Assembly: GCA_028678665.1 (NCBI GenBank)
Contig: JAJRDA010000003.1
Coordinates: 1-37,941 of the forward strand
Length of the DNA stretch: 37,941 nucleotides
Reading direction: 5' to 3'
Source of the DNA: Methanomicrobiales archaeon
GTDB lineage: Archaea > Halobacteriota > Methanomicrobia > Methanomicrobiales > JACTUA01
The notes beneath the pieces are model-generated. The model was given only the letters and a program-made list of their open reading frames with translations, had not been told where the DNA came from and did no database searches. The first letter of the stretch is position 1; each line of letters begins with the position of its first letter. Positions 36,814 through 37,941 of this stretch are shown one piece after another. The translations under genes and the position numbers were made by a program.

Positions 36814-36946
36814 CACTCGTCGTACGCGAAGATGGGAAAAAACCTCAGGGGGCACGGCAGGGGGAATCCGCCCCCCCCGGGAGTGTCCAGCACCGAAAGA
36901 AGAGGCCCCCTCGATACAGGGTGATATTACCGTCCGGGTTTCCGGT

Positions 36947-37708
36947 CTACCGGCCGATATACCCGGGGGGCAGGGTGCAGAGGGCTTTCCTCAGAACGTC
37001 CTCTTCCGGTCTGAAGTACAGCTGGTCATGCCCCTTCCAGGTGGTGCAGTTGCGGAAGACCACCGCCGGGGTCCCCTGGTGGCTCTCCCCCATCACGAAG
37101 TTGGCGAACCCGGCGATCTCGTCCACCACGGCCTCCTCGGTGATCTTCAGCACGTGCCCGAAGAGGTCCGTGTCCTTCCTGAAGTCCCGGATGGCGGTCA
37201 TCCCGGCCCACCCGATCGCATGGCCGGTCTGGCCCCTCCGGAACGCCCTCCCGACGGTATCGGTGATGATCACGCCCACACTGCTCCCCGATACCTCACG
37301 GATCCTGGCGCGGACCCCTTCTGCGGCGGCCATGGGATCAGGGGGCAGCAGGATTACCATCCCGTCCTCGATATTGGACCGGTCCACACCTGACCGGACC
37401 CCGATGTGACCGTTCTTCATCACCGACAGGATGAAGGGGTGCTCCAGAATCACCTCCTGGGCCTCGTCCAGCACCGCCTGGACGAACCGGGGATCCTCCC
37501 CGTCCCTCTCCGCGATCCGCAGGGCACGGGGGGAGGGAGTGATGGAGGGAAGGGCCCGTGTGTGGCCATTCGCCTTGGAGTAGACGGTGTGGGCCATGCT
37601 CAGGATATCCCCGTCCCGGAGGGGCACCCGGGCGTGGATCAGGGAGGGGAGATCATCCCCCTTCCTGATGAGGGGGAGGCCTTCCACCGGAATCACCGAG
37701 ATCTTCAT
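36947..37708 (-). CDS. cofE: Coenzyme F420-0:L-glutamate ligase
   Basis: GLPLIRKGDDL, SGVDRSN, LLPPDP, VIITDTVGRAFRRGQ, GHVLKITEEAVVDEIA and MGE..QGTP motifs; start MKISVIP. Confidence 0.94.
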   Translation of the reverse strand: MKISVIPVEGLPLIRKGDDLPSLIHARVPLRDGDILSMAHTVYSKANGHTRALPSITPSPRALRIAERDGEDPRFVQAVLDEAQEVILEHPFILSVMKNGHIGVRSGVDRSNIEDGMVILLPPDPMAAAEGVRARIREVSGSSVGVIITDTVGRAFRRGQTGHAIGWAGMTAIRDFRKDTDLFGHVLKITEEAVVDEIAGFANFVMGESHQGTPAVVFRNCTTWKGHDQLYFRPEEDVLRKALCTLPPGYIGR

Positions 37709-37837
37709 ACCAGCACTGTGGCACACCTTGGGTGATAAACCGTGGCATGGGGGAAAGAAATGAAGTGGCCGATCGGTGGAGCATCGCGAATGGCCACAGC
37801 CCGGTTGCACATGCGGCGAGATAACCCCATGGAGAGT

Positions 37838-37907
37838 CTCTCCTCACTGGGGGTGGGGTCGGGTGGGGGGCACAGCCCCCACCCGTCGCCCTCCCCGATG
37901 AGGAGAG
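37838..37907 (+). repeat. Intergenic hairpin repeat family A, copy 4
   Basis: CTCTCCTCA-CTGGGGGTGGGGT-CGGGTGGGGGGC-ACA-GCCCCCACCCG...CCCCG-A-TGAGGAGAG. Confidence 0.85.
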
Positions 37908-37941
37908 GTGAGCCGTGGCTATTCCACGATCCCGTCCCACA

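Noticed and set aside
36554-37409. ORFs 36554..37393 and 36693..37409 (+)
   Set aside because: They run through the hairpin repeats and antisense to cofE; the Pro/Arg/Gly-rich translations are non-protein-like.
14148-37907. GC hairpin repeats as CRISPR repeats, tRNA, SRP or RNase P RNA
   Set aside because: The copies are dispersed rather than regularly spaced, there are no cas genes, and I found no T-loop, SRP helix-8 or RNase P P4 signature.

Overview
High-GC chromosomal window from a methanogenic archaeon, most likely Methanomicrobiales. This is inferred from cofE, F390 synthetase, cimA, PAN, the DUF126/PMDh small subunit, DUF4013 paralogs and archaeal TATA boxes. It holds about 38 real genes: a three-gene proton-translocating NAD(P) transhydrogenase, catalase, MsrB, grpE-dnaK-dnaJ, purH, cimA-ilvB-ilvN, a flavoprotein-GT4-GT2-thioesterase operon and several housekeeping genes. 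Two pseudogenes are also present. I found no tRNA, rRNA, CRISPR array or transposase. Four observations stand out. (1) cimA has no in-frame canonical start upstream of its catalytic DTTLRDGEQ motif. The first ATG after the TATA box opens a 7-codon out-of-frame uORF (MRDCFIR*) containing UUU-AUU, which suggests isoleucine-sensing +1 frameshifting or non-AUG initiation. (2) An operon with a eukaryote-type UDP-galactopyranose-mutase-like flavoprotein, a GT4 and a GT2 fits synthesis of galactofuranose-containing archaeal glycolipids. (3) Two families of intergenic GC-rich hairpin repeats (REP/BIME-like) recur, one with compensatory base changes. (4) A bacterial-type transhydrogenase is present in a methanogen. 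All functional calls come from motif recognition by eye; no searches were run.
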